NCBI RefSeq assembly: GCF_018350175.1
Contig: NC_058369.1
Location: 14,200,001 to 14,264,000, forward strand
DNA from: Felis catus
Lineage: Eukaryota
Length of the DNA stretch: 64,000 bases
Direction: 5' to 3'
Part shown: positions 12,631 to 24,393 of the stretch, one piece after another
How positions within the stretch are numbered: position 1 is the first letter of the stretch
How the letters are laid out: each line of letters opens with the position of its first letter
Made by a program: the position numbers and the translations under genes
The notes under the pieces: model-generated
Seen by the model: the letters and a program-made list of their open reading frames with translations, nothing else
Databases searched by the model: none
Told to the model about the DNA's origin: nothing

Positions 12631-13244
12631 AAAAGAAGTGAACTATGGGCATATGGGAATAGCAGACCTCAGGGAGACTTTGCAGAGTAGCTTCCTAACG
12701 TTCTAGCTTGTGAATCAGAACCTATTACCTAGTCAAGAAGTCAAAAGAGAGAGAAAGATACCAGGAAGTACTAACGGGCCAAGAGGCCACAGGAAGCTAA
12801 AGCTTTATATAAACCCAAGTTTATGCATTCAACAAGTACTTACTAAGCAACTAATATGTATGGGCACTGCTCCAGGCAACGTAATTATAGCAAGGAAAGG
12901 AGACAGTAAAGTCTCTACCCTCCTGGATTTGTCACAAGTTGAGGGAGCCAAACAATAAACAAAAATCCATCACATGTAAGAAAGTTCCAATAGGAAATAT
13001 CCAGCAGGAAGGAACACAAACAGGGGAAGCCATTTTCAGACAGGCTGATCAAGGTGGGTAGCTCTAACAATGTACCTGAGCAGCAGAGGCCTGGTGTGAG
13101 AGGCCAGACCGCGCGGTCATGGAGGAAGCCTTCCACGCAAAGGGAGCATGAGCACAAAGCCCTGCAGCAGGACTAGCAGGGAACGAGTGGAGCCGGAATG
13201 GAACAGAGGAACAAGGGGCAAAGCAGTAAGAAGGCAGCTCCTAG

Positions 13245-13385
13245 ATTCTGTCGTACACTGGAGCCCTTAGGGACCCCCAGGCATCCTGATTTAATTGATT
13301 AGGAGAGGGTGTGGCCTGAGCAGTAGGGTTTTTAAAGGGTCCCCAGATAATTCCAGCAAGCAGCAAAGTTACAGAACCACTATGA
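13245..13385. mobile_element. MER5A-like hAT relic
   Basis: ctgatttaattg...tttttaaagggtccccagataattcc...gcagcaaagttacagaaccact. Confidence 0.6.
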
Positions 13386-15190
13386 CACAAAATGTGAACA
13401 GGAGTACCAGATCAAGTGAGGCCCTCGATGGACTCTACAGTTTACTCTGAACAAGATGGAAAGCCATGAAGGGGTTTGGAGTAAAGGGATGACTTCGTTG
13501 GCTGCTGCTCAGGGAACTGACCACAAAAGACAAGAGTGGATATGGATGTTCCAGCAAAATCCACCGGGATAATCCTGGTATTGACAGCTATTGATGGCAT
13601 GAACAGGGCACAGCATTAAAGGAGGAGTAGAGGCTGGAGTCTGCACAACAGGATTTTCCAATGCCTTGTAAACCAATGCAGACTAGAGCAGATACAGTGA
13701 AAGGCTGACCAATGGACCACACGGCTAGCTCTGTGACAAAGTGGTGGTTCCAGAACCATCCAGCATCCTATTGGTTTCCGAGTACAGATCCCGCCCCCCA
13801 TTTTTCTTGACAAAACTAAGATACGTATTGATGTTTGAGTCTCTAGGTAAAGACAAAATCTCCACATATACGTGTATGTGCGTACATATACGTATAAGTA
13901 TACACATATACACATGTGAGGACACATGTCAACATGTAAGTATTCAGGATTACACGAACATATCACCAGAAGAACCGAAGGATGCACAAATCTGTGGTGA
14001 CACAGATACGGTTACTTCAGAGGGCTAAGGAAGCAGCTAAGAACTTTTAAATTTTTACTCCTAACTACTTTATAATTCTTCCAACCCTTCGTAACGGGAA
14101 TGTATTTGTGTACCACTCAAGTAATTTTTAAAAACTCAGAAGCTGAAGACAGCTTCTAACCTCCAGCTTCTCCACATCCAAAGCACACAAGTTACCCCTA
14201 CCCCAAGCACTTAATTCACTCAACCAACACGGAGGAAGTTTCCTCGGTGGAGACTGGCTCAGGGGTGGGCGCGGTGAGCAGCACAGACCTGAAGGAGGCC
14301 TGGGGGAGGCTGGCCCACCTCAGAAAAGTAAGGGCTCAGCACACTGCCCTAGGACTCGGAAGAACAACCAAACCAACCTCAAAACCTGCAGGAGCTTCCA
14401 GGGGGAAGGCACCAGCAAGCTGGGTCTTAGTGCCTGAGGGAATTAACCAGGCTGGGCTGGGGAGGGATTCAAAGGCAAGGACAGGCAGCACAGTGTCCCT
14501 GAAACACGAGCCTCGAGGCAGGAGATGAGGGCTGCGACCCTCGAGCGCCGCGGTGAGGAACCTCCCTGTCATCCTACAAACTCCGTGCACACCATTTTTT
14601 ATTCTGCTGGCATGACATTTCAAAACTTTCCAAAGGGAAGGTTTTCAGGCAGGGCCTACACCTGGCAGCCTCCCATGCCCTTGTCTCGCACACATCACTG
14701 TTACCTGGCCGTTCCCGTACTTGTCTGAGGATGTGACCCCAAAATAGGGGGGCCCCAAGAGTCCAAGTAGGGCCTTGGCCCAGCAAGGCCGGCATTAATA
14801 GATCAGCGGGGAGGGCAGACTTGAGGGGAATGAAGCCAGAAGCCGAGAGACTGTTGAGGAGATTATTGCAATAATCCGGGTGAGAACTAGTAAGAGCTCA
14901 GATCTGGGCAGCAATGGTGGGGATGGAGCCCGGAGACTGATTCAAGAGCCCTCCTTCAGGTGGGGGAGGATGCCTGGGGCGGAGAAGCTTCCGAGAATGA
15001 CAATACCCACTTCCGCGTGATGAGCTGACAGGGGGACCAAGAGAAAAGTTGATCTCCCCTCGACAAATAAGGAAGGTAGGATCAGAAGAACTCCAGAGTG
15101 TGCCCAAGGTACCGATATCCTCCTGCCCTGACCCTAAAAGCAGGCCCCGTAACTACCCTCCCACCAAAGAAACCAAGCACTTTAATTCAC

Positions 15191-15311
15191 CTTGAGCTTT
15201 AAACTGAAGAGCTTCACCTACGGCCTCACCACTGGGGTCCATGTGATATCGGTTAGCTTTTTCTTGCAAAACAGCATCAAAAGTCTCCTGTGCAATTCGC
15301 CTAGCTGCCAT
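15191..15311 (-). CDS. SUGP2: SUGP2 exon 2 coding part (exon 15191-15322): MAARRIAQETFDAVLQEKANRYHMDPSGEAVGEALQFKAQ
   Basis: Acceptor cccctctcactacag|GTCAGAGAAAC ATG G; donor CAAG|gtgaat; phase 1 joins exon 3 in frame. Confidence 0.94.
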
Positions 15312-16672
15312 GTTTCTCTGACCTGTAGTGAGAGGGGAAAAAAAGACACTAAGAATGACAACTAATGCTCACATGGCCCGCTCGGTTTCACCTAACCCTC
15401 AAAGTAACAGGACAAGTAATCGATAACTCAACACGGTGCTGCAGAGGGAGGCCAGATTATTCTCCGGGGGCTTCTGCCCTCACAGAGTTCACAGGGGCGT
15501 TGGCTGAGGAGCAAACCAAGCATTGTGGTCTTAGACAATTTATTTTGCTTCTCTGAGCCCATTTCCTCAGAATCCCTACCTGCTGGGGTTACTGCACGTA
15601 AGAGCGTAGGCGGTGGGACCATACCCCTCGCACCTGGGATCTTTAGGAGAGCTGCGATCTTTCCCATTTCTATTTTCCTATCTCACAGACACGCAAAGAG
15701 GATCTGAGGACTGACTTGCCCTCTGAGAGGAGCCTCTCAACCAACAAGTGACTGGAGGAGTCCCTGACTGGTGACAGAGCTTGCTCTGTACCAGGTCCTC
15801 TGGTCGGAAAGGGACTCTCACAATCTCGTTTACTTCTTCCGACAACCCAGTGAAAAGCGGGTGCTGTTAGAAACGACACTATACAGAAGAAAAGATAGAC
15901 TCGGGCTAAGTGACCCACCCAAGGTCAGACAGCCCAGACTGAAACCTGGCAAACAGGGCACGGGTAGTGGGGACAAAGCCCTGAACGCTGACGGGAAAAA
16001 GACGGGAGAAGCAACAATGAGGAATCCAGCGGCTACCTCCTTTAACCAAAATATCCCTTCCATCTTGAAACATCCAACCTCAAGACTCAAACCTGCCCTA
16101 CCTCATAGTCATTTCTTACACCCATCACCCCCTTTGCTCATCCTTAAGCCCTTTTCCTGGGGCGCCCCTTGTTCGGTGCCATCGAAGGGCAGGGTCTCCC
16201 AGCCAGGGGGCTCCGGATCAAATCGAGTGACCTAACCTTTTTACGCCTCCATTTCCCCATCCATGGAATGGGCAGCTCGTGGTGGGGGCTGCTGTGGGGA
16301 GTGAACCAGGTAAAAAATGGTAAAGGGCTCGATACAGCGGCTGGCCGCTGTAATCCCCGTACGGGCTGGGTGGAATGAATGGACGAAAGAACCCTTCGGG
16401 CGTGGCCCGCCTCCTACCGGCCTAGCCTCCGAAGACGAAGAAAAGGGGGCGTCGGGCCTGGGAGGCCGAAGACCGCCCCCCAGGCCGACCCGGCCGGGAC
16501 GCCGCCGATGCGCAGCGCGAGGGCCGTGCTCGCGGCATCACGCCCCGCGGCCCCCGGGGCCGAGCCCGAGCCTCCCACCCCGGGGCCCGCCCACCGACGA
16601 CGCCCGGGCCCAGGCCTCACCCCGGACCCACCGCGCGCGGAGCCGCCCCCGCCGCTGCCTCAGGCTCCTCAC

Positions 16673-16740
16673 CCGCCGCCGCTGCCGCCGCCGCCGCGCG
16701 AGGCGGGGACATGCAAATGAGCCAACGGTCTCCGCAGCGC
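16673..16740 (-). other. SUGP2: SUGP2 probable exon 1 (5' boundary approximate), with in-frame upstream ATG at 16712
   Basis: Donor GGCGG|gtgagg at 16673/16672 inside the CpG island; GCG-rich leader. Confidence 0.75.
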
Positions 16741-16799
16741 CGCGCCGCGCACGCGCAAGCTACCGCCGAGCTCTGGTGCGCAGGCGCAAGCGGCCGCCG

Positions 16800-16854
16800 C
16801 CAAGTCCTCTTGCGCAGGCGCGCTGCTCGCTTCTACAAGGCAGACGCTCCCGAG
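16800..16854 (+). other. ARMC6: ARMC6 candidate non-coding first exon (5' end approximate); a second candidate donor lies at 17129/17130
   Basis: GAG|gtaaaa donor at 16854/16855 and CGG|gtgaga at 17129/17130 in the CpG island. Confidence 0.55.
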
Positions 16855-17895
16855 GTAAAAGATTAATTTGTTGGGGGCGGCGGCGACGGGGAGCGGCCGT
16901 CAAAAGACGGCACAGACGCCGCCTCTGCACACCTGTTGGCTCTCTCAGCTTTACCCGTACTCGAAGTCACCCTTGATCACTCCGGGAGCGGTCCGTGGAG
17001 CTGAGGGAGGCCGAGGCGAATTGGCGCCAGCGCGCCTGCGCGCGTACGGTGGCCGGAAGGGACCAGAGGTGGCTCTGCCGGGTGACAGTCGCGAGCCCCA
17101 CCCTTTCCCCACGTGGCTGCGAAGACCGGGTGAGAAGCTGAGGCTGCGGAGTCCCTTCGCGCGGGGAGGGGAGTGGGCGCCCCCGGGTCGGGCTGGTGAC
17201 TGTGGCGCCGCCCTCGCGGACCTGGTTTTGGGGAATGACCCTTACAATGACTCTTACAGCTGCCGGGGGACAAAATTCTCCATTTCCCTGGCCTCTGCTT
17301 TCTTTTCATTCATTTATTCATTCATTCATAACCTATGTACTGAGTGCCTGCTGCGTGGTGGTGAACAAAGTTGACTGGACCCCAGTTCTCCTGGAGGTTA
17401 AATTTGAGGAAATGCCTCGACAGTAAATGCAAATGAAATAAATGAACCGTGTAGCTCCAGGTAGATATACTATTAAAATACAAGGATGATGCAGTAGGAG
17501 AAAGGGGGCTGCTTTAACCAGAGTGGTTATGAAGAGGGTCCCTTTGGTAGCTGGGAAAGATGAGAAAAAGGTGGGAAAGTGCGGGTGGGAAGGTGTAGGT
17601 AAGAGACCTATAAAATCCACGTAGACAAAGGGCTGGTAAGGAGACTGGATTTTGTTCTGAGAAGGTTGGGGTGCTACCGCAGGATTTTGAGCAATGACGT
17701 CTCTTTGTGATTTCAAGTTTCTGTCCGGCACTAAGTGGAGAATAGAAGTGCAGTGTGGCAGGGAGGAAGCTGCGACTGTGCCTGAACCAGGGTGGGTGTG
17801 TCCAGGTGGAGGAAGATGAGGAGTCATTAGAGGCCCTGCTGTGTCAGGGCGGTGTTTTCTTGATGAGCAGAACCCTGACTTAGAAAGGAAAACTG

Positions 17896-18126
17896 GGGGC
17901 GCCTGGGTGGCGCAGTCGGTTAAGCGTCCGACTTCAGCCAGGTCACGATCTCGCGGTCCGGGAGTTCGAGCCCCGCGTCGGGCTCTGGGCTGATGGCTCA
18001 GAGCCTGGAGCCTGTTTCCGATTCTGTGTCTCCCTCTCTCTCTACCCCTCCCCCGTTCATGCTCTGTCTCTCTCTGTCCCAAAAATAAATAAACGTTGAA
18101 AAAAAAAAAAAAAGAAAAAAAAAAAA
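17896..18126 (+). mobile_element. Very young SINEC_Fc-like element in ARMC6 intron 1
   Basis: CpGs largely intact, long A tail, perfect TSD agaaaggaaaactgg 17882-17896 and 18126-18140. Confidence 0.95.
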
Positions 18127-20221
18127 GAAAGGAAAACTGGGTGTCAGTTTGGCCTTGCTAACTCCCTTTCTTTTCATACCTTGGACCCATGAAGGGAGCT
18201 GGTAATGCTGTTTCCCCCCTTTCCTAGTGTGACCTGTTCCCAGGTGGCTCCCAGATGACCATTCCTAGGCACCGTCTTTCTCATGAGCTCCAGATCTGCA
18301 CTTTCATTCTGCCCCCTAGCCCTGTGCCTGACCTGGGGGACCCCTGCAGGACTCACCCTAGAGGTGGTCCCAGAGCTAGACATTGATCTCCCCAGCTCAG
18401 GGAGCTCAGGACTGGGCAGGGGGAAGTTCATGGGGCAGGGGAGACAAGGTCAGAGAATACATATAGGTCCTAAGTGGTCAGGGGAGGCTCCCAGGACGAG
18501 GCAGCCTGGAAGAGCTAGCAGGAACTCCTCAGAGAACCCAGGTGGAGGGAAGGTGTTCAGGAAGCAAGGTGGCATGACGGCCAGACCTTTTACTGCTTGT
18601 GTGGTCTCTGGCAGGTTCTTCCCCTCTCTAAGCTTCAGATTCCTCATCTGTAAAGTAGGCACAATGGTATTTGCCTTTAGGATTGTGCCTCTGTGACAGA
18701 GTGGCCACTCACTGTTGGCCTACTCGGGTCTGAAGCGTGCCTCGGGTGGTGGAGTCAGGAACAGAGTCCCTCCAACAGCCACAGCTGGGAAGTTGTTGCC
18801 CCTTGGAGCTGGTCAGGAACACTCCTCAGGCACATACCAGCCCAGGTGTCTCACTGAGAAACTATTGAAACAGAAAATCTTCACTTTTTTCCTTCACCTT
18901 TGACCTGGAAAATCCTTAGCAGTCCCTAAACAGGCTCCTTGTTCTTCTGGGCCAGAAGGGGGTGGGGGGCGGGGGGTGGCTATCTGCAAGGGAGCAAGGT
19001 GAAGTGTTTGATGCCCTTATGCCTCGCCCCCCTCTAAGTAAACTGGTCTAATTACCTCTAAGCAACAAAGGAAAGGAACAATAGCTAATGTTTACTGAGC
19101 TCTTACTCTGTGCCAAACCCTATTCTAAGCACTTTATGGAATTAACTGACTGAGTTTGCATTGCAGCCCTATGAAGTAGATTCTCTTTGTTTATCCCTAT
19201 ATTACACAGGAGAGAGTTGACTTGACCAACAGTGAAGTTAAGTGGAAGGCCCGGGATTCAAGTCACCCCGGCTGGCCCCAGAGCCCGTCCTCCTCCTCCC
19301 CAAAGCATCTGCACAAACACAGATGGAATATTCACATCCTGCGCCACCTCCACAAAGAGAAGGAAGCATGGGCTTGAATGGCCTGTTTCCCACATGGCCC
19401 AAATTTGCACTCAAATTTTTGTCACATTCCCCTACTGCTGTCCTAGAACTCCCTGTGCCTTTGTTCCCCTAACGTTTTCTTGTGATGTTCAAATTCTATA
19501 ACAGACGTGGGACCAGAAACAAAAAAATTGTTTTGAAAGACAATATTAGGGCAATTGAGAAAGTTGATCATGGAGCGTATATTAGCAAATAGTATTGTAT
19601 CACTGTTAAACTTCCTGTGTTAAATTTTCGTTGTGCATTGAACATGTAAGAGCATCCTTTTCTTTGGAGATTCATGCTGATGTCTTTAGGAGGGAAGAGT
19701 CTGATGCCTGGAGCATATTCTCGCATGGTATGTGTGTATGCAGGAACATACAGTGTCTCCAAAAGAGATTAACTTGGCCAAATGTTAACAACTGGTAAAG
19801 TTAGAATGGAACAGGTGTTCTTTGTACTATTCTTGCAACTTTACTATAAATTTTTAAAATGATGTATTTTAACGGAAAGTAGTACGTCAATAAACGAGGT
19901 AGATAGAGTAAAACAAGCAAAATGAAAGGAGTTGTTAACCCCAGGTGCGCTCTGGGCCTGAGGCCTGTTTCCCCCTTTGTTAAAACGAGAGGGTGGTTAA
20001 TATTAGGTGTTAAACCACTTGTACCCCAAAGACCTCCTTGTTGAGATCATAATCTGTTTTTACTTAGGGTTCTGTCTTACTTGACTCCGTGATTTACCAC
20101 TAGTCTCGCAGAGGAAAAGATATTGCCCAGGGTTGCTGGGTCATCCAGCTGCTGATACAATCCTCTGGCTTTCAGCCTTTGCCTGTGCCGGGTTTCATTT
20201 GCTTTTGTTTTTAAGCAGTAC

Positions 20222-20418
20222 TTTTTTTTTTTTTTTTAATGTTTATTATTTTGTGAGAGAGAAAGAGCGCAAGCTGGGGGAAGGGCAGAGAGAGAGGAGA
20301 GTCCCAAGCAGGCTCTGTACTATCAGCGCAGAGCCCAAGGTGGAGCTCGATCTCACAGAAATAAGGAGCCGAAATCAGGAGTCAGATGCTTGACCAACTG
20401 AGCCAACCAGGCGCTCCC
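20222..20418 (-). mobile_element. Can-SINE
   Basis: Poly-T start, gagagag tract, reverse-complement head. Confidence 0.88.
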
Positions 20419-20429
20419 AAATAGTACTT

Positions 20430-21010
20430 TTTAAATTCATCTGTTACTTACATACCATGATATCCACCCATTTTAAGTGTACAATTTAGGGGCACCTGGC
20501 TGGTTCAGTTGGAGGACCATGCAACTCTTGATCTCAGGGTTGTGAGTTTGAGCCCCACGTTGGGTGTAGAGATTACTTAAATAAATAAATCTTTAAAAAT
20601 AAATAAATAAATAAATAAACAAATAAATAGTAAAGTGTACGATTTAGTGATTTCAAGTATATTCATAAAGTTGTGTAACCATCACCACTGTCTAATTGTA
20701 GAACATTTCATTACCCCCAAAGGAGACCCTGTACTCATTAGCAGTCACTGTCCATCCCCCTTCCCCCGCCCCTACAACCACTGGTCTGTTTTCTGTTCCT
20801 GTGGATTTGCCTGTTCTGGACATTTCATATAAATGGAATCACACACTATGTGTGTGGACCTGTGTCTGGCCTCTTTCACTTAGCATGGTGTTTTCAAGGT
20901 TCTTCCACGTTGTAGTGTGTGTCAGTGCTTCCTTCCTTTTTATGGCCGAGTAATATTCCATTGTTCAGACATACTACATTCTGTTTGTCCATTCACTTGC
21001 TGATGGACGC
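20430..21010 (-). mobile_element. Old L1 3'-end fragment interrupted by a + strand Can-SINE (20489-20630)
   Basis: ttttaagtgtacaatttag...ttgtgtaaccatcaccact...ggacatttcatataaatggaatc; SINE flanked by aagtgtacRatttag. Confidence 0.8.
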
Positions 21011-21184
21011 CCCGTCCTTTTCACGGTTGTCATGATTTATTTGTTGACAACACCAGGTGTTTGTCCTGTAGTTAAGTTACCCCCCTCCTGAATGGTGATT
21101 TTTGTAGACCCACATCACCATAGTATTGGTTGACGTGTCCCTCTGACCTTGATTTCCTACAAACTGTTCATTAGCTCTAGATCC

Positions 21185-21365
21185 TTGCCTGTCCAGTATG
21201 ATAGCCACGAGTCACAGATGGATGTTTACATTAAAATGAATTACAATTGAAGTTAAAACATACACAGTGCCTCAGTCACACTAGCTACGTTTCAGCTGCT
21301 GGAACTCACATGGATGGCACAGATATAGAATATTCCATCATCACAGAAAGTTCTATTGGATGCAT
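21185..21365. mobile_element. MER3-like hAT relic
   Basis: gatagccacgagtcac...cagtcacactagctacgtttcag...atagaatattccatcatcacagaaagttctattgga. Confidence 0.7.
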
Positions 21366-22184
21366 GGTCATATTGGGTTTGAGTTTTTGGCAAGATACCT
21401 TCATAGGTGCTTTTCATTCTTGTCCACGGGCAGTGGTGATGGGTTTCTCTTCTGGTGATGTGAAATCACCAGTGGACCCAGGTACTACCCACTCGTCAGG
21501 TTCCTTATCAGTTTCGCTTCTCACAGTTTTGCAGCCTGTGTGGATGGTTGTCTAAATCTGTCTTGTGGATAATTAGTTGGAGTTCATATACAAAGCAGAA
21601 CTTTTCCTCATCCTCTCTTTCTAACCTGGTAATTATATGAGGGACATAGGATAAATGTTGGATTCTTTATTTGCTGGTTTTCAACAGAACAAGCAGGGTG
21701 TGTTTTAGTACTATTATGAACGTACAGATTTTGATTTTGATATCAAAATACTGTTTTTTATTTTGTTTTCTTTTACTGCTCACCTGTCACATCTTTGGCC
21801 CATTGACGACTCTTAGGGTTTGCTCCCAAGTCCTTTGACGTGACCCTGTCTGTTTTTAGAAGCTTCCTTGCTTTCTGGTCTGACAAGATGTTCCTGGCTC
21901 GTCTCCTCTGGCCTGTTTTCTTCTCAGTCCTAGAATCAGCCATTCCTCCAGGAGCCCTGTCTTCTTTGGTGGGAAATGGGACTAAGGGACCACAGTTGGT
22001 GTTCAGGGTGTTCACTTCCTCAGGGTGTTATTTCCTCAAGGTATTTTCAGTTGATATCACTAGAAAAATGGTTCTTATTGCCTAAGAGAAAATACATCAT
22101 GAGTTCGTATTAATAATTCCAGTCCGAATTTAGTTCTAAGTGTCTTTTTTTTACCTTTTTGTTTGTTCTGTTTTGTTTTGTTTT

Positions 22185-23944
22185 AAGTAGGCTCCATGCC
22201 CAGCGTGTAGCCCAGTATGGGACTTGAACTCACGACCCTGACATCAAGACCTGAACTGAGATCAAGAGTTGGACACTTAATCGACTGAGCCACCCAGGCA
22301 TCCCTATTTTTTGGATTTTTTAATGTTAGAATCTTTTTTCTTTTAGGCTAGTTCCTAATGACATAAATATTATGACTTACTTGCCATATCCACATTAGCT
22401 TCTGAATAGCATTACTAATATCATTTTCGATAACGTGATTTCTGAAAACTGTTGAAGATTTTCTTTTGTAAATTTTTCTTTTCTATACTTATTGTACATC
22501 CCAGTAAGAACATATGGTTCTATCACTGCATTAGTGATAGATGTGCAATATGCATCGTAATATGTAAAAAAAATTTTAATTATATAAAATATTAATAAAA
22601 TAAAATAACAAAACAAATTAAAATAATAATAAAATTAATAAAAATATTAAAAATATATAAAATATTTAAAATTTTTTAATGTTTATTTATTTTTGAGAGA
22701 GAGAGAGAGAGAGACAGAATGCAAGTGGGGAGGGGCAGAGAGAGAGAGGGAGACACAGAATCCAAAGCAGGCTCCAGGCTCTGAGTGTAGAGGCCGATGC
22801 AGGGCTCGAAGTCACGAAACCACAAAATCATGACCTGAGCCAAAGTCAGACACTTAACTGAGCTACCCAGGTGCCCCAATCACTGCATTTTTTTAAGTTT
22901 ATTTATTTATTTATTTTTGAGAGAGAGAGGGAAGGAGGGAGGGGCAGAGAGAGAGGGAGACAGAGAATTCCGAGCAGGCTCTGCACTGTCAGCATAGAGC
23001 TCAATGTAGGACTCAAACTCAGGAACTGTGAGATCATGCTCTGAACCAAAATAAAAAAGTGGGAAACTTAACTGACTGAGCCACCCACATGCCCCCATCA
23101 CTGCATTTTAAACTCCACGTAGATAAACGGTTAGATTCACGGTTTTCATTTTATTCTTGATTTTTAGGAATTGCTTTCATTTTTATTTTGGTTCATATTG
23201 ATTTATTTATTTTCCTAAGCATGTAAAGCATTTATATGAGTTCTAAATTTAAACCAATGAAATAAGGTACATTCGGAGAAAATAATCCAGCTTCTAGTCT
23301 TGCCCACATCACCCTCTTCCCTACCTCCCCCTTTGGGAAACTATTTCTATTAGTTTTTGATTTAGTGTTCCATTTTACTTATTACTATTAATTTTTATTT
23401 TGAAGCTTTTATTGGTATAATAGCGTACCATTATAAGTAAGTTGTTTTATTATATAGTCACATTATGGAATACCTAGTTATATAATGAAGTATCATATAG
23501 TTATAACATTACATATTATGATGCATATTGCACATCACAGATAACACAGGTTACGTATAATATAGTATTATAATCATATATTATTTCTTTATGATGGTGT
23601 AATAACACATAATGTTGTTAAGGTTATTTTATCCTTTCTTTGTTGTTTACTGTAAGGACACATATTAATGTCTCCCCTTTCTTAGATAAAATGTAATCTA
23701 CCTGCCCTCTACTGCACTTTTCTTTAATGTTTATTTTTGAGAGAGAGAGAGAGAGAGAGAGACAGTGCAAGTGGGGAAGAACAGAGAGAGAGGAAGACAC
23801 AGAATCTGAAGCAGGCTTCAGGCTCTGAGCTGTCAGCACAGAACCCGACATGGGGGTCGAACCCATGAACTGCGAGATCATGACCTGAGCCCAAGTCGGC
23901 CGCTTAACTGACTGAGCCATCCAGGCGCCCCTGCACCTTTTTTT

Positions 23945-23980
<36 letters not shown>

Positions 23981-24162
23981 ACAAGCACACACAAACAAGC
24001 AAGGGAGGGGCAGAAAGAGAGAGGAAGAGAGAGAATCCCAAGCAGGCTCTGCATTGTCAGTGCAGAGCCCTATGTGGGGCTCAATCTCATGAACTGTGAG
24101 ATGTTGACCTGAGCCAAAATCAAGAATCCAATGCTTGACTGACTGAGCCACCCAGGCATCCC
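22185..24162 (-). mobile_element. Cluster of five antisense Can-SINEs (~22185-22304, 22672-22877, 22890-23096, 23722-23931, 23938-24162) with AT-rich spacers
   Basis: Five reverse-complement heads (e.g. gagccacccaggcatccc) with T-rich tails. Confidence 0.88.
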
Positions 24163-24393
24163 TCTTCTGTACTTTTAGAAGCTCTGCACATGGTGGGGTA
24201 TCAGCCTTTTCTGTGATCCAGGTTGTAAGAATTTTTCCTGGTCGGTCCTGGACTCTGGCCCCTGGTTCCCTAAATGATAGCCAGGCTCTCAGTTGTCCTC
24301 TCACCCTCAATGAAACTTTCTTCCTCTCTTGACTTCTCAGTTTGGGAGTGTCTATCAGGCGGGCACCTGCCACTCCATGCACAGGAGATGAAG

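Larger units (their letters stand above)
16330..17270. promoter_or_regulatory. CpG-island bidirectional promoter shared by SUGP2 (-) and ARMC6 (+)
   Basis: Very CpG-dense; NRF1-type TGCGCAGGCGCA 16777-16788 and TGCGCAGGCGCG 16811-16822, ETS CCGGAAG ~17053, octamer ATGCAAAT 16711-16718; divergent splice donors at 16672(-) and 16855/17130(+). Confidence 0.88.

Noticed and set aside
13860..13960. Alternating purine-pyrimidine tract (a similar one lies at ~43215-43350)
   Set aside because: Degenerate (CA/TA)n microsatellites, AT-rich and interrupted; no support for function
16317..17374. Long Arg/Pro/Ala/Gly-rich ORFs across the SUGP2/ARMC6 promoter
   Set aside because: Expected from stop-codon scarcity in a CpG island; no recognisable protein features
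17333..18082. 249-aa ORF, and the 252-aa ORF at 23624-24382
   Set aside because: Both read through Can-SINE sequence; typical spurious SINE translations
18958..18979. G-run cluster suggesting a G-quadruplex
   Set aside because: Such runs are common in this GC-rich region and nothing else marks it out
22540..23620. Very AT-rich stretches with short palindromes
   Set aside because: Low-complexity decay and SINE tails; no regular repeat-spacer period, so not CRISPR-like or a satellite
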